From a virus: a DNA stretch of 64,000 bases. The stretch spans positions 42,605 through 106,604 of the IMG/VR virus record IMGVR_UViG_3300042882_000890; one strand, written 5' to 3'. A program made the position numbers and the translations under genes. The notes under the pieces were generated by a model. The model was not told where the DNA came from. It did not search any database and saw only the letters and a list, made by a program, of their open reading frames with translations. This document shows positions 1 to 7,140 of this stretch, piece after piece (positions within the stretch are counted from its first letter, which is position 1; each line of letters starts with the position of its first letter).

Positions 1-62
1 ACGGATTTAATTTTAAGTCTAATAGCGGTGATTATCACCGGTAACTATAAAAAGAATAAATT

Positions 63-170
63 ATGAAATTATTTGTATTAGGAGTTATAATCGGTTTTAC
101 GTTTGGCATTCTAGTAATTGGATTCTTGTGGGTAAAAACATTAAAAAAAGTTAGTAATCAAAAAAAGTAA
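63..170 (+). CDS. small membrane protein (35 aa)
   Basis: ATG63-TAA170 gives MKLFVLGVIIGFTFGILVIGFLWVKTLKKVSNQKK, one TM helix and a basic tail. Not in the ORF track because it is too short. Confidence 0.6.
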   Translation: MKLFVLGVIIGFTFGILVIGFLWVKTLKKVSNQKK

Positions 171-173
171 ATT

Positions 174-551
174 ATGAAAACATTATTAAACGGGTTAAAT
201 CCCTTGTCTTTTAGAACAAAAGTATATATAGCTACCGCTATTGCATTTTTGTTGCTTCTAGTAGCTTGTATCTTACTCTACCGGAGTAATCAAAACGCAA
301 AGAACGAACTAAAAATAGACAAAGTAGAAAAAGAAAAAGAAGTAACAAAAGAAGAAGTAAAACAATGGAACGATAAAATCGATTCCCACAACAAAGAGTT
401 CATAGAAACTCAAAAAGATTTAGTAAACAAAGCAAAAGAAGTTCGTAAAAACACAAAACCTAGTAAATTACCTAATTATGAAAAACCTGTTATCCATTCT
501 CGCAGTTACAATGATATGCTTGACACCTTGCTTATCGCACAGCCAAACTAG
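174..551 (+). CDS. putative inner-membrane spanin-like protein
   Basis: N-terminal TM helix (VYIATAIAFLLLLVACILLY) followed by a charged coiled coil. Overlaps the next ORF by 74 nt, as in overlapped two-component spanins. Confidence 0.5.
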   Translation: MKTLLNGLNPLSFRTKVYIATAIAFLLLLVACILLYRSNQNAKNELKIDKVEKEKEVTKEEVKQWNDKIDSHNKEFIETQKDLVNKAKEVRKNTKPSKLPNYEKPVIHSRSYNDMLDTLLIAQPN

Positions 552-930
552 AAGTTTAAATACTCCGGAGCGTGTCGAAGCACTCTACAAGATTAACGAA
601 CAGCGTAAAGCATATTACAAACAGATTCAAGACTGTAAAAATCGCTACAATGCTGAAGTGTCTAAGTACGAAAAAGCATTAGATTCCATTACGAGTATAG
701 CGGTTCAAATGGGGGAGAAGAGTGAAGAGTTTGTATCACATAACCTAGACCTACAAGAGGGGCTATTAGGCTCTTTGAAGAAACAAGAGCAACAAGAGAT
801 TGAATTAGCTAAGCTAAAAGCTAAAAGGAAGAAGCGTTTTGGGGTAGGTCTTTACGGGGGGTATGATGCTTTTCACACAAATTGGAGTGCTGGGGCAAGT
901 TTAAACTATAATCTTTTTTATCTGTTTTAG
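478..930 (+). CDS. putative outer-membrane spanin-like protein (signal peptide, coiled coil, C-terminal beta-hairpin)
   Basis: Signal peptide ending ..SHS|Q, long coiled coil, and C-terminal RFGVGLYGGYD..WSAGASLNYNLFYLF amphipathic strands ending in Phe. Confidence 0.5.
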   Translation: MKNLLSILAVTMICLTPCLSHSQTRSLNTPERVEALYKINEQRKAYYKQIQDCKNRYNAEVSKYEKALDSITSIAVQMGEKSEEFVSHNLDLQEGLLGSLKKQEQQEIELAKLKAKRKKRFGVGLYGGYDAFHTNWSAGASLNYNLFYLF

Positions 931-938
931 TACATCTT

Positions 939-1085
939 ATGAAAATAATCTATATGGAACAGACCTTAAAGCTTATAGCCAAGACACAAGGTGTCGAAGT
1001 AGCCAAAGCAATAGAAAAAACGGGGGAGATAAAATATCTAAAAGATGCTCCATATTTAGTTGTAGAATTAGAAAAGATTTTGTAA
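939..1085 (+). CDS. hypothetical protein (48 aa)
   Basis: ATG939-TAA1085 open frame fills the gap between neighbouring genes. Confidence 0.4.
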   Translation: MKIIYMEQTLKLIAKTQGVEVAKAIEKTGEIKYLKDAPYLVVELEKIL

Positions 1086-1090
1086 CTTTG
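1059..1090 (+). promoter_or_regulatory. Bacteroidota primary-sigma promoter
   Basis: GTTG-N20-TAACTTTG upstream of ORF 1111. Confidence 0.7.
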
Positions 1091-1110
1091 CAGTCTTAAT
1101 AAAAAACAAT

Positions 1111-1599
1111 ATGTCAGAAAAAGTATTAAAGGTATCCGACCTTGTAAAATTCTCGGAGAATGATTACCTAGAAACAAAAAAGACTCTAAAGGTAATGGAC
1201 GGTATGGTGCAAGAGTATGTAGGCAGTATTGATAACTTAGACCAGTTAGAAGACTTAAAGAAGAGGTTTAACGGGTACCTTGTATATCTAGCCGGATATT
1301 ACAGTAAAATTAGATGTTTTAGAGAAAACTTCGAGTACTTAGAGGCTCAGAGAAAGCGTATTAAAAGCGAGGCGATAGAAGACTTAATCAGAAATAGCGA
1401 AATAAAGCTAACTCAATCTGCCGCTGAGAAAGTTGTGTATTCACACCCGTATTACACAGAGCGAGTTAGTTTATTAGAACAGCTAAAAAGATTCTTCTAC
1501 TTAACCGAATTTAGTTACAACAACTACCAAGACGTTCAGAGAAGTATCTATCAGAGTATATCAGTATTATCAAAAGAAAAACAATCAACAATATCATAG
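1111..1599 (+). CDS. helical protein, possibly UvsY-like recombination mediator
   Basis: All-helical 162 aa with a KLTQSAAEKVVYSHPYY segment reminiscent of UvsY-like phage proteins. Weak. Confidence 0.4.
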   Translation: MSEKVLKVSDLVKFSENDYLETKKTLKVMDGMVQEYVGSIDNLDQLEDLKKRFNGYLVYLAGYYSKIRCFRENFEYLEAQRKRIKSEAIEDLIRNSEIKLTQSAAEKVVYSHPYYTERVSLLEQLKRFFYLTEFSYNNYQDVQRSIYQSISVLSKEKQSTIS

Positions 1600-1600
1600 T

Positions 1601-2032
1601 ATGGGAAGTGTAATGGGACACATAGAATGTCCAAGATGTAAAAGCGAAGAGTGTTTCGAGGATTATTATTACAAGACGGGGGAAGAGTATGTAAGCTGTC
1701 CGGATTGTGGTTATTCTAGGTCTTTTGTGTATGAGAGAGATGAAGAGGGGAATCTTATTAAAAAAGACGAGAGTAAAGGTTACGAGTTCGACAATCTAGT
1801 AGCAAAAGAAAATTTGTTGGAAGAACCTTTCGGGGCGTATATTATACGGTACAACAGTGGTGTTGGTTCGGGGGGAGCAATACCAACAGAAGACGACTAC
1901 AATATGTTTGTGTCAGACATAGTATCTTTGACCAATCAGCCAGACCATGAAATGGAGAGTGTAGTTGTCAGCAGATTTGTTGACGGGGAAATTAAAAAAG
2001 AAACAATATGGGAAACCGTTAATAAAGAATAA
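1601..2032 (+). CDS. Zn-ribbon protein
   Basis: CPRC ... CPDC near the N-terminus, acidic remainder. Confidence 0.65.
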   Translation: MGSVMGHIECPRCKSEECFEDYYYKTGEEYVSCPDCGYSRSFVYERDEEGNLIKKDESKGYEFDNLVAKENLLEEPFGAYIIRYNSGVGSGGAIPTEDDYNMFVSDIVSLTNQPDHEMESVVVSRFVDGEIKKETIWETVNKE

Positions 2033-2034
2033 TT

Positions 2035-2427
2035 ATGAAAAAGTTAATTTTATTTTTGCTGTTGGTTCTAACAATCAACACAACATTCGCACAAGAAACA
2101 CCACAACAGTTCAGACGAGTTTATTCAGAAATAGCTATCATAAAAGGCGATGATGTTTCAAGAGCAAAATCTGAAAATACTATCCTTTTTAACTACGGTA
2201 ACGAGGCAGTAATAAAAATGTATATGGCAGACGGTTCTATTAGATACTTCGACCAAGTAGCAGAAAGAGGTGAGGGTAATACCGAGGGGGGTATGGGTTA
2301 CAATGGTGCTATGTTTAAAGATAGATATCAAGGTATGACAGTTTACGTACAGCTTTTTGAAGACCGGCAATACGGTGTTAGGTTGATTTTTAAGAATGGG
2401 GATATGATACAATTTTTTGAGTACTAA
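2035..2427 (+). CDS. exported protein with signal peptide
   Basis: MKKLILFLLLVLTINTTFA|Q is a signal peptidase I site followed by Gln, typical of Bacteroidota. Confidence 0.7.
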   Translation: MKKLILFLLLVLTINTTFAQETPQQFRRVYSEIAIIKGDDVSRAKSENTILFNYGNEAVIKMYMADGSIRYFDQVAERGEGNTEGGMGYNGAMFKDRYQGMTVYVQLFEDRQYGVRLIFKNGDMIQFFEY

Positions 2428-2708
2428 TGAAAAACATACACGTATTACCACAAGAAGAACCTAAACAAACAGATGAAAAAGGAAGACCTATGACTTATTG
2501 GGGTGGATTAGAAGAACCTAAAAAAGAAACACTTGAAGAAGTTGCTGAAAATTTTTGGTTAAATGATGATTCTATGACTGATAATGACAGAATATCTTAT
2601 GTAAATGGTTTCTTAGCTTGTGCTAAATGGCAACAAGAACAGATAGGTAAGTCAGAATTTCTACAAAGATTAAGAGCAACATTATCTGACACGTTTAAAA
2701 AGAAATAA
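2427..2708 (+). CDS. mosaic small protein (ETLEE/KWQQE/FKKK family)
   Basis: Motifs EEPKKETLEEVAE, CAKWQQE and terminal FKKK* are shared with neighbouring ORFs. Confidence 0.7.
   Translation: MKNIHVLPQEEPKQTDEKGRPMTYWGGLEEPKKETLEEVAENFWLNDDSMTDNDRISYVNGFLACAKWQQEQIGKSEFLQRLRATLSDTFKKK
2694..2708 (+). repeat. dispersed 15-nt gene-junction box TTTAAAAAGAAATAA (6 copies)
   Basis: Copies at 2694-2708, 3028-3042, 3135-3149, 11317-11331, 11701-11715 (CTT variant) and 14013-14027. Confidence 0.85.
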
Positions 2709-2709
2709 G

Positions 2710-3042
2710 ATGAAACAAGAAACACCAAAAACATTCAAAGAATTGTTTGCCAACACAGGTATAGAACCAACAACAAATGAGAATGGTAACATACAATATA
2801 ATTTTAAAGCTACTATTAAAGAAAAATCTAAACAAGAAACACTTGAAGAAGTTGCTAAAAATTATGCAAACTATAATGAACAAATAAATAAAGCAGTACA
2901 AGAAGCAGTAAAATTTGGTTATAAATTAGGACAAGAAAAAAGTTATAGTGAAGAAGAAGTAATTAAGATTGTAGAAAAAAGCAGAGAAACAGGATTAACT
3001 GCTGAATTTTTACTTTTAACTGAACAATTTAAAAAGAAATAA
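2710..3042 (+). CDS. mosaic small protein (ETLEE/YSEEEV/FKKK family)
   Basis: KQETLEEVAK, YSEEEV and EQFKKK*. Confidence 0.7.
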   Translation: MKQETPKTFKELFANTGIEPTTNENGNIQYNFKATIKEKSKQETLEEVAKNYANYNEQINKAVQEAVKFGYKLGQEKSYSEEEVIKIVEKSRETGLTAEFLLLTEQFKKK

Positions 3043-3043
3043 T

Positions 3044-3139
3044 ATGGTAGAAGGTTATTGGAAAAAAGAAGATAGAGATGCGAGAATGTATTTTTATTAT
3101 GATGTTATTTTAGGATTAGTTTATTATTCAGGAATTTAA
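3044..3139 (+). CDS. hypothetical peptide (31 aa)
   Basis: ATG3044-TAA3139, flanked on both sides by the 15-nt junction box. Confidence 0.45.
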   Translation: MVEGYWKKEDRDARMYFYYDVILGLVYYSGI

Positions 3140-3150
3140 AAAGAAATAAG

Positions 3151-3471
3151 ATGATAAAAAAATTAACGGGTGCAATACTAATGAGATTAGGCATCAAAAG
3201 AGCAGTAGCTCACGCAAACGTGGAAGTAAAAGGTTGGTCAGACCAAGCCTACAATTACCTACTAGATTACGCTACAAAACACTCACAGTTTATGGTGGAA
3301 GATGTACGGGAAGCATCTAAGGGTGTTATACCGGTTCCTCCAAGTACGAGAGCGTGGGGTGGAGTTGTTGTCCGAGCATCAAGAGCCGGAGTAATCAGAA
3401 GAAAGGGTTTCCAAAATGTTAAAAACACCAAGGCACATTGCACACCGGCAACTTTGTGGGAAGTAATCTAG
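3151..3471 (+). CDS. hypothetical protein, possible winged helix
   Basis: ORF track, compact phage-type protein. Confidence 0.6.
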   Translation: MIKKLTGAILMRLGIKRAVAHANVEVKGWSDQAYNYLLDYATKHSQFMVEDVREASKGVIPVPPSTRAWGGVVVRASRAGVIRRKGFQNVKNTKAHCTPATLWEVI

Positions 3472-3476
3472 AAGTT

Positions 3477-3851
3477 ATGGAAAAAGAATTTATCCCTTAC
3501 GCAGAAGCATTAGCATTAAAAGAATTAGGATTTGATGAACCTTGTTTTGCTTATTATGGTGAAATTAATGGTGGAGAAATTATGTTGTTTCTTAAAAAGA
3601 ATTTTGATAATCAAGCATTATATTTTTTAGCACCACTTTACCAACAAGCATTTAGATGGTTTAGAGAGAAGTATGGTTTAGATAGTTGGGTATATAAATC
3701 AAGAGATTACGCTTATTTTTATTCTATACTTAAAGATAGTAGATATTTATCTCCAAGTATTGAATTTAATTCATACGAAGAAGCAGAACTTGAATGTCTC
3801 CGTAAATTAATAGAAATAGTAAAAGAAAAGTTTGCACAATTAAAAAATTAG
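3477..3851 (+). CDS. conserved phage hypothetical protein
   Basis: Start moved to ATG3477. Pattern KEFIPY.EAL.LKELGFDEPC ... APLYQQAFRWFREKY ... YEEAELECL. Confidence 0.65.
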   Translation: MEKEFIPYAEALALKELGFDEPCFAYYGEINGGEIMLFLKKNFDNQALYFLAPLYQQAFRWFREKYGLDSWVYKSRDYAYFYSILKDSRYLSPSIEFNSYEEAELECLRKLIEIVKEKFAQLKN

Positions 3852-3862
3852 TTGTAATTTTG
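3831..3862 (+). promoter_or_regulatory. Bacteroidota primary-sigma promoter
   Basis: TTTG-N20-TAATTTTG. Confidence 0.8.
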
Positions 3863-3887
3863 CACAGAATCTAAAAATATATAAAAA

Positions 3888-4961
3888 ATGAAGTTATTAA
3901 GAGACATTCCTACAAGACATTTTGTAGCGATTGACATTGAGACAGTGAGAATTGTCGAGAAGTACGAGGACTTATCCGATGAGTGGAAGTCAGCGTGGGA
4001 GTACAAGAACAAACAGTCCGGAGAGGTGCCTTTCTTTGAGGAGTTGTCAGACAGTTGGGAAAAAACAGCATCTTTGTATGCGGAGTTCAGTAAAGTTTGT
4101 GCTGTCAGCGTGACGTTCTTATCTAAAAGTGAAGACAAATTACTTTGTAAAGAGTTCTTCGGTACGGAAGAGAGTGTACTATTATATCAGTTAGGAGAGT
4201 TTTTAAACCAAATCTCTGGTAGTAGCAAAGATTTCAGATTGGTAGGACATGCCGCTAAGTACTTTGATTACCCTTTCTTATGTAAAAGGTATATCATCAA
4301 CAGTCTAGTAATACCGACATTGCTAGATACAGCCCACTTAAAACCTTGGGAAAGCAGAAACCTTTGTACCAATGCAGACATTTGGAAAATGGGTGGTACG
4401 GGTGCCGGTAGTTCTTTACAAGCGTTGTGTACTTCCTTGGCAATCCCAATCAGTAAGGTTGATTTAGTTGGAGATGAGGTTGGTAATGCGTATTACAGAG
4501 GAGAGGTAGAGAGAATTGCTCACTATTGTTCACTTGACACTATTGCTACGTTCAACGTAATTCGTAGAATTAAAGCAGAGAGAATCTTTCAGTTTGATGA
4601 AGTATCTTACCTAGACAGAAAAGAAAAGTCTAATGTAGCCAAACCGGTTGCTAAAAAAGAAGCTGTTGCTAAAAAGACCGCTACTAAAAAAGAGGTTGCT
4701 GAGAAAAGAGAGCCGGAAGATGTGTTGTTTGAGAAGTTACCTATACTTCACAGAATCTTAAATGCCACGGAGATACTTCCGGAAACAAGACAAGAGTTAG
4801 AGGCTTTGTTAAAGAAGAAAAAGATGACTAAGAAAGACCGAGTTATCGTGGAAGACATATTAGTTAATCTGTATGTTAACAGCGAGATGTTTAAGTCTGA
4901 CAAGCCGGAAGTAAAAGAGAGTAAAAAAGCCGAGATTAAAGAAATTTTAGATAGTATATAA
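3888..4961 (+). CDS. DEDDy 3'-5' exonuclease, PolB-exonuclease-related family
   Basis: ExoI DIET, ExoII GH...FDYPFL, KPWE, ExoIII YCSLD, and a Lys/Ala-rich linker to a C-terminal helical domain. Confidence 0.85.
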   Translation: MKLLRDIPTRHFVAIDIETVRIVEKYEDLSDEWKSAWEYKNKQSGEVPFFEELSDSWEKTASLYAEFSKVCAVSVTFLSKSEDKLLCKEFFGTEESVLLYQLGEFLNQISGSSKDFRLVGHAAKYFDYPFLCKRYIINSLVIPTLLDTAHLKPWESRNLCTNADIWKMGGTGAGSSLQALCTSLAIPISKVDLVGDEVGNAYYRGEVERIAHYCSLDTIATFNVIRRIKAERIFQFDEVSYLDRKEKSNVAKPVAKKEAVAKKTATKKEVAEKREPEDVLFEKLPILHRILNATEILPETRQELEALLKKKKMTKKDRVIVEDILVNLYVNSEMFKSDKPEVKESKKAEIKEILDSI

Positions 4962-5653
4962 TGACAAAAGAAAAAATGCTAGACTTACCAAAAGTCTATG
5001 AGAACGAGGGTGGTAATTATCCTCAACACGTAAACAAGCCGAAACTATCTTACTCAGCCTACAATTCTTTTTGTGAGGAGAGTTACAAAGGGGAGTTCTT
5101 TGCTAATTACTTCTTAGGTATTCGAGGCGAGGGTAATATCTTCACGGAGTATGGAAGTAAGTGTGGAGAGTATTTAGAGAAGCTAGAGAAGTCAGATTTA
5201 TCAGAGTTCGACATCTCAGTCCTAGAAAAGATTGAACGCCCTGAGAATGCTCGTTATGAGGTAGAAGTTGTAATCGACAGAGGTTCTTACGTTATCCAAG
5301 GGTTTATTGACCAAGAGTACAAAACCATAAATGGGTTACTAGTAATCAAGGATTTAAAAACCGGAGCGATTGACAAAAAAGCCAAAGACTATGCTGGGGG
5401 AGATTACCAACAGACAACTCTTTATGCTCACCAAAGAACATTAGAGGGGGAGAATGTAGTTTATTCAGGAGTTATGCTTTTAGACCGCAAAGGAAATGGT
5501 GCCGAAAAACACCCACTAAGACTTACTGGAGAGATTGCAGACATTCCTACACCTTATTCTAAAGAGAGAGCAGAAGAGTTCTTACAGAAGTTTGACAAGG
5601 TAGCAAAGCAGATTGAAGAGTACCACAAAGTTTACAAAAAATATTTTAAATAA
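4961..5653 (+). CDS. PD-(D/E)XK exonuclease (Cas4/RecB-like)
   Basis: LSYS, E..V, GFID, IKDLKTG and Q..LY motifs. Confidence 0.8.
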   Translation: MTKEKMLDLPKVYENEGGNYPQHVNKPKLSYSAYNSFCEESYKGEFFANYFLGIRGEGNIFTEYGSKCGEYLEKLEKSDLSEFDISVLEKIERPENARYEVEVVIDRGSYVIQGFIDQEYKTINGLLVIKDLKTGAIDKKAKDYAGGDYQQTTLYAHQRTLEGENVVYSGVMLLDRKGNGAEKHPLRLTGEIADIPTPYSKERAEEFLQKFDKVAKQIEEYHKVYKKYFK

Positions 5654-5655
5654 AG

Positions 5656-5687
5656 TTTGCAGGATTAAAAAATAAGTTGTACCTTTG
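5656..5687 (+). promoter_or_regulatory. Bacteroidota primary-sigma promoter driving the RNA island
   Basis: TTTG-N20-TACCTTTG. Confidence 0.85.
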
Positions 5688-5704
5688 CAAAACAAAATTA
5701 GAAC

Positions 5705-6365
5705 ATAACCTGTACCCCCGAAAAACTCGTATTAATGATAAGCAGGTTATCCCGACATAAAGGGGTAGGAGAATTAGGGAAAATAAAGATTATGAATGTG
5801 GTGCGACTTCTGCACAGATAGCTTAAAAGTCAGTAAACGAGCAGATAACTGAACTGCCACACAATCTTTATCTGTGTAAATATAGTAAATAGACGTAAGG
5901 CAGAGGGTCTTGAGTTAAATCGGACATTCCCCCCTACATAGGTAGCACGGAATTTATTTTTTAAGGTTAAACATTCAAACCTTTGTAATAGACTGTTAGG
6001 GGTCTTTAAGACGGAGTGCTACTTTACATAAAAGAAGTATTTTGCTTTACATAAAAAATGTTAATAGGTTAAACATTGAATACCTTTGTAAACAAAAAGC
6101 CTGCCTTAATGAGGTCTGCGTTAAAAGACTTGGCTATAGTAGTCTGTTTACATAAAGATACATGCAGTAATGTATGAACGTGAGTTGCCTTGAGAAAGCA
6201 ATAAATATTAAGAGTATTAAATTGATATACTACTCACGTAATGAGCCTCGGCAAGTAGTTAATCAGGTGTGAGTTCAGTAATCCTCCCAATTACACATCG
6301 AAAGGAGGTAGTTAACTACGTGACCCTACTCTTATGTCGCAAGACTATGGATAAGAAAGAGGGTG
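5705..6365 (+). ncRNA. large structured non-coding RNA (ROOL/GOLLD-like size class, family unassigned)
   Basis: About 700 nt with no credible ORF behind a promoter. Many helices: 5705-12/5743-50, 5753-69/6325-39, 5896-903/6101-08, 5942-48/6016-22, 6178-85/6232-39, 6255-63/6311-19. Confidence 0.65.
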
Positions 6366-6388
6366 CTAAAATTTTAAATAAATAAAAA

Positions 6389-6553
6389 ATGAAAAAAGTA
6401 TTTTTGGCATTAGCTGTTGTTATGGCGATTGCAGTTACAAGTTGTAAACCTGCACCGGCAGAAGTTACAGAAACTCCTACGACAGAAGTTGATACACCAA
6501 GTGTGGATACAACAACAGTTGATACTACCACTACTGTAGATACAGCTGAGTAG
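6389..6553 (+). CDS. small Thr/Asp-rich lipoprotein (54 aa)
   Basis: MKKVFLALAVVMAIAVTS|CKPAPAEVTETPTTEVDTPSVDTTTVDTTTTVDTAE with lipobox VTSC. Missing from the ORF track. Confidence 0.85.
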   Translation: MKKVFLALAVVMAIAVTSCKPAPAEVTETPTTEVDTPSVDTTTVDTTTTVDTAE

Positions 6554-6612
6554 TATTTAAGAGTCGAGGCTCAATCCTTTGATTTGAGCACGCTACCTCG
6601 GACTTTGACAAG

Positions 6613-6635
6613 TGCCCCCACACGGGGGATTTTTT
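6613..6635 (+). terminator. intrinsic terminator
   Basis: CCCCC-acac-GGGGG followed by a T6 tract. Confidence 0.6.
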
Positions 6636-6645
6636 AAAGAATGTT

Positions 6646-6755
6646 TTGGGTATGTTGAATGGTAAACAAGCACTGTGACCAGTGTGGCATAGAGTTGAGA
6701 GTCCGGATGTCAAAACTCTTATAAGTCCTTGGGGGTTCGAGTCCCTCTACCTAAT
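6646..6755 (+). ncRNA. tRNA-like RNA with 4-nt anticodon loop and 46-nt variable region
   Basis: Acceptor TTGGGTA/TACCTAA, D arm TTG-AATGGTAAA-CAA, stem CACTG-TGAC-CAGTG, T arm GGGGG-TTCGAGT-CCCTC. Confidence 0.65.
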
Positions 6756-6768
6756 CAAAATTATAGAT

Positions 6769-7134
6769 ATGGAAATAGTAGAAAGCGTAGTAAAAAGAGC
6801 TAATAGTTATTTAAGAGATACAGAAGACTGTATAGAATACCCCATACTAAATAAAGATGGCTATGGAGAAATGCAAACTTATTTATTAGGTAAGAAAAAG
6901 CATTATTTGATGCACAGAGTATCTTTCCAAATATTTAGCGGTATAGATATAAGTTCAGATAATATTATTTGTCATAAGTGTGATAACCCTAGTTGTATAA
7001 ACCCTAGACATTTAGTTTTAGGCACTCATTTAGAAAATGTAAAAGATAGGGTTATAAAAAACAGAAGTGCTAAAGGTAAAAATAATGGTAGGTATAAACA
7101 TGGTACCTATGTAAAAAATAACCCAAATGGGTAA
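6769..7134 (+). CDS. free-standing HNH homing endonuclease
   Basis: HRVSF...ICHKCDNPSCINPRHL..GTHLENVKD. Start moved to ATG6769 because the longer ORF overlaps the tRNA-like element. Confidence 0.9.
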   Translation: MEIVESVVKRANSYLRDTEDCIEYPILNKDGYGEMQTYLLGKKKHYLMHRVSFQIFSGIDISSDNIICHKCDNPSCINPRHLVLGTHLENVKDRVIKNRSAKGKNNGRYKHGTYVKNNPNG

Positions 7135-7140
7135 CAGAAA

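Noticed and set aside
2427-3149. CRISPR array or diversity-generating retroelement
   Set aside because: The repeats are short, irregularly spaced and bound coding sequence. There are no cas genes (the PD-(D/E)XK protein lacks the Cas4 Cys cluster) and no reverse transcriptase.
6559-6605. Extended hairpin after the lipoprotein gene as a separate ncRNA
   Set aside because: It is more simply a 3'-UTR stabilising stem, with no recognisable motif.
6316-6713. Minus-strand ORFs 6316-6531 and 6531-6713
   Set aside because: They are antisense to the lipoprotein gene and the tRNA-like RNA.
6646-6755. Functional tRNA-His(GTG) or tRNA-Ser(TGA)
   Set aside because: No register gives a 5-bp stem with a 7-nt loop, so it is reported as tRNA-like instead.
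6682-6768. N-terminal extension of the HNH ORF
   Set aside because: It overlaps the tRNA-like element, and ATG6769 has the typical A-rich context.
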